Of a stretch of DNA of 64,000 nucleotides, positions 49,778-61,851 are shown piece by piece. Both the position numbers and the translations under genes were made by a program. Positions within the stretch are counted from its first letter, which is position 1; the number at the start of each line of letters is the position of its first letter. This stretch comes from Ylistrum balloti (Eukaryota). Below the pieces are notes generated by a model, which ran no database searches, had not been told where the DNA came from, and saw only the letters and a program-made list of their open reading frames with translations. The stretch is taken from positions 62,001 to 126,000 of the forward strand of contig NW_026782338.1 in the NCBI RefSeq assembly GCF_031769215.1, given 5' to 3'.

Positions 49778-52194
49778 CTGACACAAGACATTTAGCACAA
49801 CCATGGAAACAAAGTTTACTAGTACATGGTAGCACCAAGGTAATATGTCCTACAGTAGGTAACAACTCGGATATGGACATGGCCATCAGTACCAGGACCA
49901 AAAACTAGCAAATACCATTAACTGACAGTTACTAAAATTAAAAAAAAAAAAAATGATAACTTTTTTTTTTTTAATTTGAAGTATAGTGTCCTGCACAATA
50001 AATTGGTTATATCATTTTTCGAAGTTTGAAATTAGGATTGTATAATACGTAAGTGTTTTACAGGTCAACATTTTAGTAAATTGGGTCTACCTGATCACAA
50101 TACATACTATGTTTTTCTGTTGGACGGTTTTTCTGGGTTTTATTTGTAAAATTCAATTTCATGATATCAACATTGATCAATGTTATCTGTTTCTCCACGA
50201 TTCAACATAAAAGGCCTGGTTTGAGGAATCCAGGTTATCTAGGATATTATAACTGTTAATAATTTTTCTTGTATACTGTTGATAATATGATTATGCTTTT
50301 CTAAGTAAATGGGACATTATCTATTCCAAGTATATAACTAGGTACTGGTTATATAGTATGTTATTCATATCATGTAATTACATCACATGACCGTGTACAA
50401 AACAGATCATGAGGATCACATGACAGAACTCAAAATCAGGGGACTTTGATGTGATACAAGGTCGTAGTTACCTTCTATAATATATATATATATATATATG
50501 ATTATGTAAAACGTCATGTGACAGTCATATGATATATATATATAGATATAAATGGAGTGACTTGTGTGAACAAAATCGGCAGATAGTGTGACCATGACAC
50601 CGAGTAAAACAATACAATATTGTGTACCTCATTAATGAAAAGCAGACAACCATCAGACCAGGATCACTGCTAATGGTACGTTTATAGGTTTGGGCTCAGT
50701 AAACATATATAGATCAAAATCTAGACCCATTACTACTTATGGCATGTCTCATCAGCTCTACAAACATTGATGTCTTTAATGTTATACTCATTACAAGCTC
50801 CTGAAAATTTACCTTTATAAATGAATTAGGATGTTTCCATAATTTTCATTCTCTTGCCCACAAAATCTTTCTCTTGAAATATTGAGAACTTTTTGCGTTA
50901 CTTTCAAGAAAACATCAATACTGGAGATATAAAAGAGATCAATATTTTAAATCTGAAGTCTAACCATTTATATTTCTCACTCAAATTAAAACGGACTGTG
51001 ACCAGGATTTCTGACATCGGCTATCCTGGACTAATGGTTGTCAAGTTAAAAGCAGCTAAATACAAACATATGAAAAAATCAATGATAAAAGTTAAAATCA
51101 TGTGTAATTGAGGCATCCATAAATAGAACAGTTTCCATGGTGACGTGGGGCCAGGTTTAAGTTGAAATGTCACAAACCACTGCCTGGTTAAAATTTGAAA
51201 TATTTTCTGTATTTTTCAAAAATACTTCATTAGAATTGAAAACTTTCAGTGACACATGAAACATTATACATGTAAAGAATATTTTGAACTTTGTTATTTC
51301 AAGTCTTTGTTTATACATCCAATCACGTAATGCTTAAAACAATTTCTTAACCAATCAGATGATCAGTGACAAATGAGGTTGTGCCCACTGTTGATATTAA
51401 AGTGACAGAAGAACATGCTGTATATATATATATTTATATACAATACTGACATAAGGCATGCTATGACCCGGTGCTTAACCTCTCAGGCCAGCCCGTTGGA
51501 AGGGCGTGACCTCTGGGGTCAGCCCCTAGGGAGAGGCATACCTTGTTGGGGTGAACATTGCTGTAACAACTTGACCTTTGAGGCAGGGACCAGTCCTTGT
51601 AGGTAGAAAAAACAAGATGACAATGAAATGAACAAGATGAACTTTGACCCAAGCATCAAATCATGGAATTCAGGTTTGCACTGACAACAGATGATGGTAT
51701 TATCAACAACAGGCCTTTAAACATTTCATCTAATCAATTGACCAATGCAAAATCAACTTCATCAAGCATGATTGGAAAAAAAATTGGTCTATTCTGGCAA
51801 CCCCTGTAGACCTGAAATCCAACTTTATGTGCATGTCTATCCAGTGTGAAAAATCAACATCAGACTGAGAAGCAGCTTTGTTTGGATGAGAAAACGCCTT
51901 TAAAAGAGACAGGACTGCTTGCCTAGTACAGGCGGTCTTCAATGTGGAGGTAAAACTTGTGTAATCTGAAGTTCTTTCTGTAATGTTCCTTGTACTTTTG
52001 GATTTGAACAGTTTCTAAATCTACATGACTTGATCGAAAAGAGAATAAGTAGATCTGATGGATGCTCCCCAAATAAACGCTCAATCAAAAATTTTTTTTC
52101 TCGTGTTTTTTTTCCAATATCTCAATTTTAAAAAATTCTAATACAGTATTACAAAACATAAAAATATGTATGATAAATGGCAGCCAGAAGGAAT

Positions 52195-52420
52195 CCGAGA
52201 TTGAAGGGTTATTTATATATGACAAAATAACAAAGGACAATAACTCCTAAATTAAGCAAAAGAGAGTTATGGTTCTTGCACATTGCACTTCTCCTTATCA
52301 AGATCTCTCTAACTATGAAGTTTCATTTTGATACCGATTATACTTCTGGTGATATGCTCTGGACAAAATTATGACAGACAGACAGACAAAGTGTCAATTT
52401 TATGCTCTACCTTCGGAGAT
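52195..52420 (-). mobile_element. HINE/MITE-like relic
   Basis: AGAGAGTTATGGTTCTTGCACATTGCACTT..TATGAAGTTTCAT core followed by (GACA)n and a CTTCGG end, the layout of mollusc non-autonomous elements as recalled. Confidence 0.45.
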
Positions 52421-55164
52421 CTTAAAGATAGATGTCCCAAGCCTTATACAAGAAATATAACATTCATTGTATGCATTCAAAAATTAACACTAAAACACAC
52501 ACCATCCAGCATTGTTAGATGTGTTATGAATGAGAAAAGTCACAACTCTACAAATGAATTAATATCTACACAAGTATCTAGACATTAACAACATCTTAAA
52601 AGGTTAAGTTTAAATTTCTACTAAACTACATACAATCTAGAATTCTCCATTTATTATTATGGTACTTTCAAATGCATGAACAAAGTCTTGACATTGTAGG
52701 AACATGCATTTTTATTTTAGGAAAGTTGGTTTTTATGAAACTATTCTCAATGACAAAACCAGCATTTCTCAACACAAAAATCATGCAAAACACTAACAAG
52801 TTAGCTTTAAACCCAGAAAGACACTGAAGACTTCAGAAGATGCAAGCCTTGAACTTAAGTCCACAAAAGATTGAGGACTTAAACCTACTGAATTGTAGAC
52901 TTGTAATACAAGTTATCTAAGCAGTGAACCTAACAAAAAAATCAATTAAGACTACAATATATGTCTTAAGACTAAAAAATCACCAAATCAAAAACCACAA
53001 ACTATGTAAGTCTTAAACTAAAAATCATAAAATTAAAGACTATCAAAAAGTTAATTCTCAAAGTTACAAAGTTATTGAATTAAAGGCAACAAAAGATCTA
53101 CATCTTAAACCAACAAAATCATTAAAAATTAAACACTACCAAAACAATATTCCTAAAGCTACAAAGTCACTGAATCAAGACTACAAAAAATCTATGTCAT
53201 AGACCCATAAAATACTTAGTCAATGACAACAAAATTTCTAAGCCTTAAATCCACAAAATCAAGAATTGAAGACTACAGTTAGTGATGCACAAAAGCAGAT
53301 TAACACTTGTCATTTTAAAAATCACATAGATCACGTACTGCAATAATTATGCAGGTGAGAGTAAGGTTACAGGCTGATTATCTCCCTTGCCAACGTAGTT
53401 TGCAACAGGAACATGTCAACAAAGAAAACACTACGGGGAAATCTATGATTAATAGCTTACACAATCATTATCTTCTAACAAAAGAAATCAATTTTCAAAC
53501 TCCTTGTTACAAAACCAGTTGACCACAAAATAACCAGGAATTTTTCTACATAGTATTGAACAGCTATACTTCAATTTCTATTTTTTATTTCTTTTTTAAT
53601 GCAACATGGAAACAAAAATAAATTTTTTCTTTATTTTGCCACCACATGTATAATATGTTATTTTTTGCCATTCACATTAAACTGCAACATAGGGTATACA
53701 TTTCAACATTAAAACGTACTAGATCTTGGGTTATGAAATACAGAAAGTGCAAAACAAGCCTAGCATGAAGTTGGTCGTACATTTTGGAAAGAGCTTTTTC
53801 ACAAAGACTACCCTTGTATAATTATTCTGTACTTCCATCTATTTTAAAACTGAAATTAGATTCCTTCCTTACAATATGGCAAAACAAACAACCAACATCA
53901 TTCCTACTGTCACAATAGTATCTCCTTAATATAAAATTCTCAACAAACGAAATGTTTGTTTATGTTTCTTGTTTGTTGTGAAACTGACATAAACACCTCA
54001 TTAAGATTCATATGTCAAAGGGCAATGTTCAAAGTAGTTTATATATCATAACGACATTGATATTCCCGTATAAGTGTTTTATCAACAGAACATCGAGGGC
54101 AGACATGCCATAAAGCTGGTTATTTTCGTGGGAAAATTTGTTGTACATTAGAGTGATCACAAAATTTCATTCTAGAAATAATAAAACTTTTATCTATGGA
54201 ATATTCTTTTACATTTAAATCGTTGAAATAAATTCGATATTTTTAAAAGAAAATCACAAAAATTTTGACCAGTGAAAAGTTTAAGTTCTACTATATATGT
54301 CATATTTATTACTTTGTCCATCATTGTCATTCTATTTACTGCTAAAGAAATTATCTATAATTATCATAATTACACCATAAAACTCTGCCCTCTCACAGTT
54401 TCTACACACCCATAACTCATTAAACAGAGATGGGAGACGGACCAAGAGGAAACAATGTTAGAAGGACTTCAGGATGCAGCAAGAGCGCTTTGCAACACAA
54501 ACACTACCACAAGATGCACAGACACTTCAAGTTTGGCACGATGCCATTGTTGACTTCATTACCTGTAGGATGTAGGACTGAAGAGTGGGAGGTGGCTATA
54601 GAGAGACATTGGAAAAACCACATTAGGATTCATAGGTCAAAGGGCAAAGTAGTCCATTAACATATGATTAAGACAGGTCAAAGGACAACAATAACTTCTC
54701 AGTTTAGGAAAAATAAATCTACAGCCCAGAATTTTTAATAAACAAAAGGACTTTATAATTGGTATCTTTATATACTCTATCAACTCATTTACATAAATTC
54801 AAAGGGAGATAATCAAAGTTTCAAAGCATAAGACTATTAAAGAACAACATTTTTTTTCAGGAACAAAATAAGGGCAATATTGCTTATTGGAGTTACATGA
54901 AAAAGAAATCCTTACTTCTATTTAAGTCAATTCTTTGCAAAAACCTGTTACTTGAAAACACAACATCTTAATTTTATTACTCAGGGTAGGAAATGATCTG
55001 TTTTGATGAAATAGTACAATAACATCCCAGAAGCCATCAGTAAAACAAAGATTATGTTTTGGGATACAAAATAATACAAAGAAAAATACACCAAGAAGTC
55101 TAAACATACAAGCCAGACACAGGATCTAAATGACACAACACCATCAACTGTCCAAATCTGTGAT

Positions 55165-55530
55165 AGATTTACACTCATGGTGTTTAACCATCAGAATCTG
55201 TGTTATAGATAGATTTACACTCATGGTGTTTAACCATCAGAATCTGTGTTATAGATAGATTTACACTCATGGTGTTTAACCATCAGAATCTGTGTTATAG
55301 ACAGATTTACACTCATGGTGTTTAACCATCAGAATCTGTGTTATAGATATATTTACACTCATGGTGTTTAACCATCAGAATCTGTGTTATAGATATATTT
55401 ACACTCATGGTGTTTAACCATCAGAATCTGTGTTATAGATAGATTTACACTCATGGTGTTTAACCATCAGAATCTGTAACAGTGTTTCAGATACATTTAC
55501 ACTCATGGTGTTTAACCATCAGAATCTATA
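55165..55530. repeat. 46-bp minisatellite (GATTTACACTCATGGTGTTTAACCATCAGAATCTGTGTTATAGATA), about 8 copies
   Basis: Direct tandem repetition, period 46. Confidence 0.96.
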
Positions 55531-55855
55531 GCAGAGTTATCAATATATTTACACTGATATTTCAAGGAAATTTCTAAATGCCTTGATACCAATTTCCTAT
55601 AAGACAACTATTGAAGCAAACACATTTTTGTAAACAGCTCATCGAAAAATGCCAAAACTTAGGTTCTCATCCTTAAAGAGCACAGCTATAACTAGCATCA
55701 TGTTGAGAAAAAAAATATAAATCACATTCTGTGAAAAAAAAAAACCATATCATAAAAACAAGGAAATATCCCAACAAACACTAGAGACTAATAATAGTCA
55801 AAATAAGAGTAAAAAAATTCACAGGTGGCTGATCGAGGAGAGGGCTGTTACTTAC

Positions 55856-56014
55856 ACTGCGTTCACGAGGAAAGGTCGATGCGCTGTCGTCGGTGGAGAT
55901 ACCCTGGAGGCTGCTCTGACTACTGGACTTGCTACTTAAGTTACTACTTGGCATCGAGTGTTGACTTGTCATACTGCTCGACTTACTGGTACTACTGTCT
56001 ATATTATCATCATC
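55856..56014 (-). CDS. TAOK: TAO kinase exon 9 (Ser-rich region)
   Basis: gccag|GAT; SSMTSQHSMPSSNLSSKSSSQSSL matches the TAOK serine-rich segment; donor AGT|gtaagt (a weaker in-frame donor lies at 55822). Confidence 0.85.
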
Positions 56015-57942
56015 CTGGCAACACAACATGGCAGACAGTTAATCAACATGTCTTAGGCTGGCGTTTTACAGACCCTCCGTATGTTTCATCAGGATCATAA
56101 TATTGGATGACAAACCCAAAATGTACATGTTAACATCAATATTACTGCCATTGTGACAATAATTATGTGTCGCTGAACATTTCCAGGATTACTGAACCAA
56201 TATTACAATCCAAGATGTAAATGGACGGATCTATTAGAAGTCAGAAATTTTAGATTAAGGAAAAAGATTAGAGAAAGAGACCATTGACAGTACATATGCT
56301 AGATTACCTACACATTATATTTGTAAAATACATGAGGCATATCTCCCCAAAATCTGTTAAATTTTCATAATTGGTACGGAACTCTTTTGTGAAGGAGATA
56401 CATATACAATGTGATAGAAACGTAGCATACATACTTAAAAGGGAACCATTACAAAGGTTTACACTTGTTCACAATGAAAAGCTCAACAACAATCAAATGA
56501 ACAGGCACTGCATCAAATGAAAAATGATCTGAAAATATGACTTGGCTATCAAAGAAAAACTCATGATCATGCTAGAAAATTTGAAGCATTTTTTTTAACA
56601 ATGTTAACATATTTTTAAAGACTATTTTTTAATTTTTTTTTAACATTTTAACAAGTACATGCAAAAGTACTGATCAGCATAAAGTCAAGTTTGAACTTTT
56701 TACTTAAATTAGGAAAAATGATACATTGGAAAATTTGACGAAGAAAATGTTTAGCTAAGCAAAATACATTAGTTCTTCTTTGCACATCTATTTCTATAAA
56801 CAGGACTGAAATCGTGCATGACTTCATAATAAGGATACTGACAAAATCAATAGCTTGGTTAATCTTAACATGATAGCAACTATTTGAAATTTGAAAATCA
56901 CAAAGTTAAAGTATAAAACAAACAAGAAAATGCACATAACTTCAAACTGGAGAAGCAAGTAACAGCCAATAAAAACTAAAATTGACGAAATTCCAATATC
57001 TTTTTTTGATTGGACCATCATGTGCATTTTCAATTTTTTGCTTTGTTGAAAACCAGATACACATGCCTTTTCAAACTTTGCCAGTACAGTAAAAAACTGA
57101 AAAGTGTGGTTCAGTCAAATGTAGCAGCAAAAAGGCCCAATGGACTTACTGGAAACCAACAAACATCAGCACTTATCACTGTAATGTGCTAAACTTAAAA
57201 TCACACAATTACAAGAATTTGATCAATAAAAACTTAATTGTTTATTTCATATTCAACAGATTTGTACAAACTTGCACATGAAATTGTGTTGAAATCCAGA
57301 ACCAAAAAAATTCAAGGAAAGAGCTCCTCAAAATGTTCAATATTTCCAACGTTTTCCATTAACGTTAATGCTAAGAGACTATACATGTTAATTTCAATCA
57401 ACTGACACTAACTGGTGTGTATTGGTTTGGAGTGTATAGTTAACAAATCTAAGATATATGCAACACAAAATAATGGTGACAACCCTTTTCGGTGAATCTA
57501 TGTAACAGGCCATTCAGCTAGTGTTTCTCTTTATAGTTGGAAAGTTGAGGTACATACATTTCACTTTCCAGTAACATTAATGAGAGGTATTCTGATAAAG
57601 GTCATCTTGTTGATCATTTCATCACACTAACCAGGTGCATGTGAAAAACCAGTCATCATAAAACTGACTGGAAAACAAATACTGAGATCACTGACCAAAG
57701 ACCTGAATTATCTGTGATATTGAGCGGTTTTCAATACAATGGTCAGTCCCTTATACAGAAGTCATTCAGGGTAGCTGACAGCAGTCTCTCTGTGTACCTA
57801 CTTGACAAAAGTCTGGACAGTGGTCAGTGAGTCAAAACACAGACAGACAGCATGCAGGCTGCAGGCAAAAACCACTGGACACACAGCAACCGTCAAGCTG
57901 AATAGGGAGCAGACTTACCAGAGAGGGGTCACATGGACTGAC

Positions 57943-58137
57943 CTGGGAAGAATCGTCCGTCGTAAAGTCATCAGATGTTGGTCCATTGGAACTGTTCTCG
58001 CCCTCGATTACATCCACCATGAGAATCTTCTTCATGCGGCGATACTGAAGGTTGTCTAACTCTCGGACTGCGTCCTTGGTGCGCTGAATTAGGTCTATAA
58101 TGACACTACTGGGACCAGTTCCCTCCAGAAAATGATG
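57943..58137 (-). CDS. TAOK: TAO kinase exon 8
   Basis: tatag|CAT; [29 protein letters not shown]; donor CAG|gtcagt (second in-frame donor at 57918). Confidence 0.92.
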
Positions 58138-58526
58138 CTATAAAACAGATCAATTATTATATGAATAATTTCTAACTTATTTCTGTAAGAATATATGGTC
58201 TGAAAAATCATCTTATTTTATCCTTTCCTATACTGTTTCTCAGACAAAAATCATATGGCAAAATGATTGTTTTCATTTCAAATTCTCACAATTTCAAAAA
58301 ACTTTTTTTTTCCTTCTTCAATAGTTCCATGTTACAGCATGGTCAATGTCATCTCGGGTAATTCTTTCAGTTTGAAATCGACCGAGAACCTTTAAATACT
58401 GAATTATATATTATACAGTTGGTAAAAATTATGTAAATTTTGTCTGCTAACATGCAGATAAATTTCCACTAAAAATCTGTTAACTACAAGCGTGAGCCTA
58501 TAATAATGTTTCTAAACAGACGTTAC

Positions 58527-58702
58527 TTTTAAAATCTCTGAGGAGGATGGCCTATCACAGGGAAGTTTGGCGAGGCAGGAGTCGACAAAGTGGCGGAAGT
58601 CATCAGACCACTCCCCTCCCGCCAGAGTGGGCGGGTCATTCTGGGCGATGTGATACAGAGCACTCATGGCATTCATATTAAATAAAGGTGGCTTACGCTC
58701 AG
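58527..58702 (-). CDS. TAOK: TAO kinase exon 7
   Basis: ttcag|CT; [27 protein letters not shown]...[13 protein letters not shown]; donor gtaacg. Confidence 0.95.
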
Positions 58703-58904
58703 CTGAAATATAAGTCATATACACAAATACTTTAGGGACAGCTAGTAAAATCATCTTTAACACAAGAGAAAATCATACAAGGCATCATATCATTAACATC
58801 TTCAATATGGGTGGCTTGTGCTTCTTTTGTGACTTTTTTATTGAAGAAAGTGGATGTTCACAAGTGAACTTTTAATTGGCAATGTCAGTAAGTGTGTTCA
58901 ATCA

Positions 58905-59150
<246 letters not shown>

Positions 59151-59589
59151 TCAGATGAAGCAAAATGTAATTTTTTTTCAACTTCTAATAAAAGAAGTCC
59201 TTTCATGCTGACAAAACTGTAAAGAGTTTAGAAAATATTCTGAGACAGTCTTAATCCGACGTAAATCAGATAAATGCTTCATTCATTGGTTCTCTGGGTA
59301 ATTTTGCTTGGTAAAATGTATTTGCTGAAAAATTAATTTGACATTTTTATACCTACTGATATACATAGTTCATGACAGTGATCAAGAAAATGACTGATAA
59401 TAAACAATGTCAGGAATATATAACTGTGACCTATTTTCAGGACTGTCCAACCAATAAAGCATGGTCTTTGTGAATGTAACAGTAACTTTTTTATTGTTAA
59501 TGATCTTCTGTAGAATAGAAGTTACAGCACAACCCCTGATTTTCCAAGATAATGAGTTTTACTTTTGTTCTAAATACCTGCATTAAGCC

Positions 59590-60145
59590 CAGAAGGTGAA
59601 CACTTTCTCCCAGACAAGGAGTCAGGGATGGTCTCAAGAAGGTGAACACTTTCTCCCAGACAAGGAGTCAGGGATGGTCTTAAGAAGGTGAACACTTTCT
59701 CCCAGACAAGGAGTCAGGGATGGTCTCAAGAAGGTGAACACTTTCTCCCAGACAAGGACTTTCCCAGACCAGAAGGTGAACAAGACAAGGAGTCAGGGAT
59801 GGTCTTCTACCAGACAAGGAGTTAAGAAGGTGAACACTTTCTCCCAGACAAGGAGTCAGGGATGGTCTCAAGAAGGTGAACACTTTCTCCCAGACAAGGA
59901 GTCAGGGATGGTCTCAAGAAGGTGAACACTTTCTCCCAGACAAGGAGTCAGGGATGGTCTTAAGAAGGTGAACACTTTCTCCCAGACAAGGAGTCAGGGA
60001 TGGTCTTAAGAAAGTGAACACTTTCTCCCAGACAAGGAGTCAGGGATGGTCTTAAGAAGGTGAACACTTTCTCCCAGACAAGGAGTCAGGGATGGTCTTA
60101 AGAAGGTGAACACTTACCCCTAGCCAAGGAGTCAGGGATGGTCTT
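59590..60145. repeat. 46-bp minisatellite (AGAAGGTGAACACTTTCTCCCAGACAAGGAGTCAGGGATGGTCTCA), about 12 copies
   Basis: Direct tandem repetition with one scrambled unit near 59760-59825. Confidence 0.96.
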
Positions 60146-60218
60146 ATTAAAGGACACTGGCAAAGCTTTTGTAAGTAATGTTACTGATTAGTGACATGTA
60201 TTAGTATACAGCACTTCA

Positions 60219-60428
<210 letters not shown>

Positions 60429-60653
60429 TCATTCAGCAACATATCTCATCTCTTAGATCATACATACTTAAATACAGCTACCGGAGATTGATATCTATCA
60501 TTGTTTACTTAAATACATTTAACCAGTAGTATTTGTAGATCAGTCCTACATTTTGAATTGAATTTATATCTCACACACATAGTACATATAAATCTCATTC
60601 AAATGTGCTAGGCATTATAGCCTCATTGTCTACACCTACAACATATTACTGAC

Positions 60654-60699
60654 CTTCCACTATGTCAGAGGCCGAGCCCAAACAATACTCCATCACCAG
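60654..60699 (-). CDS. TAOK: TAO kinase exon 4 (46 nt, not in ORF track)
   Basis: tgcag|CTG; LVMEYCLGSASDIVE; donor G|gtcagt, phase 1. Confidence 0.95.
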
Positions 60700-61075
60700 C
60701 TGCAACAAGCATAATGAAATACATTAATTTTCCCTTCAACAGACAAAATATATTTTCTCATCCCTCTGTGTATCCAAAAAACACAAAAATGCATAAAGTT
60801 GAGTCTTTGACAAAGACTGAAGTAAAAATAAACTCTCATTACATTTACTAAGGTGTATTTGTGGGAACATGTACACCTAGTAGCAAAAACGCAATGATAT
60901 AGCAATCTTGATACATATAGTCTTTATTTATTGGGATGTACAACTGAACAACTTTATAATATATTTGACAGGCAATGCCAATTTGGTGACAACCAGACAA
61001 CTCTGCCATATATGTTTTTTGTTTTGTAGATAAAGATGTCTCTAAACTCAGAGGCAAGATGGGTGGCATCAAATA

Positions 61076-61252
61076 CAGGGCTCTCGATCTGCCAGATTTT
61101 GGGCCGATATTCGGCCCTATTCCCAATGCAAAATAGCATCTTTTTTTCCCAATTTAGACCCCAAGTTCTCCCAATTCTAAGGAAAACACCATTATTTTTC
61201 CCAAATCTAAGGGCCCCGGGCCCCAGTCCCAAAATGGGGTGTGAGAGCCCTG
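61076..61252. mobile_element. 177-bp MITE with CAGGGCTCTC terminal inverted repeats
   Basis: CAGGGCTCTC at 61076-61085 and GAGAGCCCTG at 61243-61252; AAATA directly flanks both ends. Confidence 0.65.
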
Positions 61253-61317
61253 AAATATATCAGATACACACAGAGATAACATCCATGAGAACAACATGGT
61301 TTTAATGGCACCCTTAC

Positions 61318-61419
61318 CCATGCTGTGTGTTCACGGAGATAGCACCCTTTGTAGTCTATAACATGTCTGTGTTTTAACTGTCGCAGGAACTTCACTTCTT
61401 TGATGATATCCTGCCATTT
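61318..61419 (-). CDS. TAOK: TAO kinase exon 3
   Basis: ttcag|AAA; [34 protein letters not shown]; donor gtaagg. Confidence 0.97.
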
Positions 61420-61779
61420 CTGAAAAGATTGCCATAAACGTTGAAAACTTCACTCTTATTTCAGAAATCTTTGATATATCAGAGACCAAATTACAAAACA
61501 ATACTTTGATAAATAATTATCATGCAGGACTAACATTGTAAGGTTCAAAGTCCTATCTTAAGGAACATCTTGATAAATATTTGTCACACAGGACATAAGG
61601 ATCAAAGTCCTATCTTAAGGAAATATATTAATATATCAATGAAACACTGGACTTGCATCTCGAAATAAATTGATGAATAGTTGTTAACTATGACTAACGG
61701 TAAAAACCTGAATATATGGATAAAGGGAACTACAATCATCTAACCTAAGAAAGGGGAGATAATCACACTAACTGCTTAC

Positions 61780-61851
61780 CTCGTTGGCTTGTTTCCCATT
61801 GTAAGACATCTTCTTGATGGCCACAATTTCCTTGTTGACAATATTTCTGGC
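61780..61851 (-). CDS. TAOK: TAO kinase exon 2 (72 nt, not in ORF track)
   Basis: tacag|GCC; ARNIVNKEIVAIKKMSYNGKQANE containing the VAIK lysine; donor gtaagc. Confidence 0.96.

Noticed and set aside
57167-57195. Possible microexon in the TAOK intron between exons 8 and 9 (ttacag|...cca|gtaagt)
   Set aside because: 29 nt, not frame-preserving, and begins with TGA in phase 0
60848-61305. Overlapping 89-92 aa ORFs in a TAOK intron
   Set aside because: They arise from the GC-richer MITE and show no protein motif
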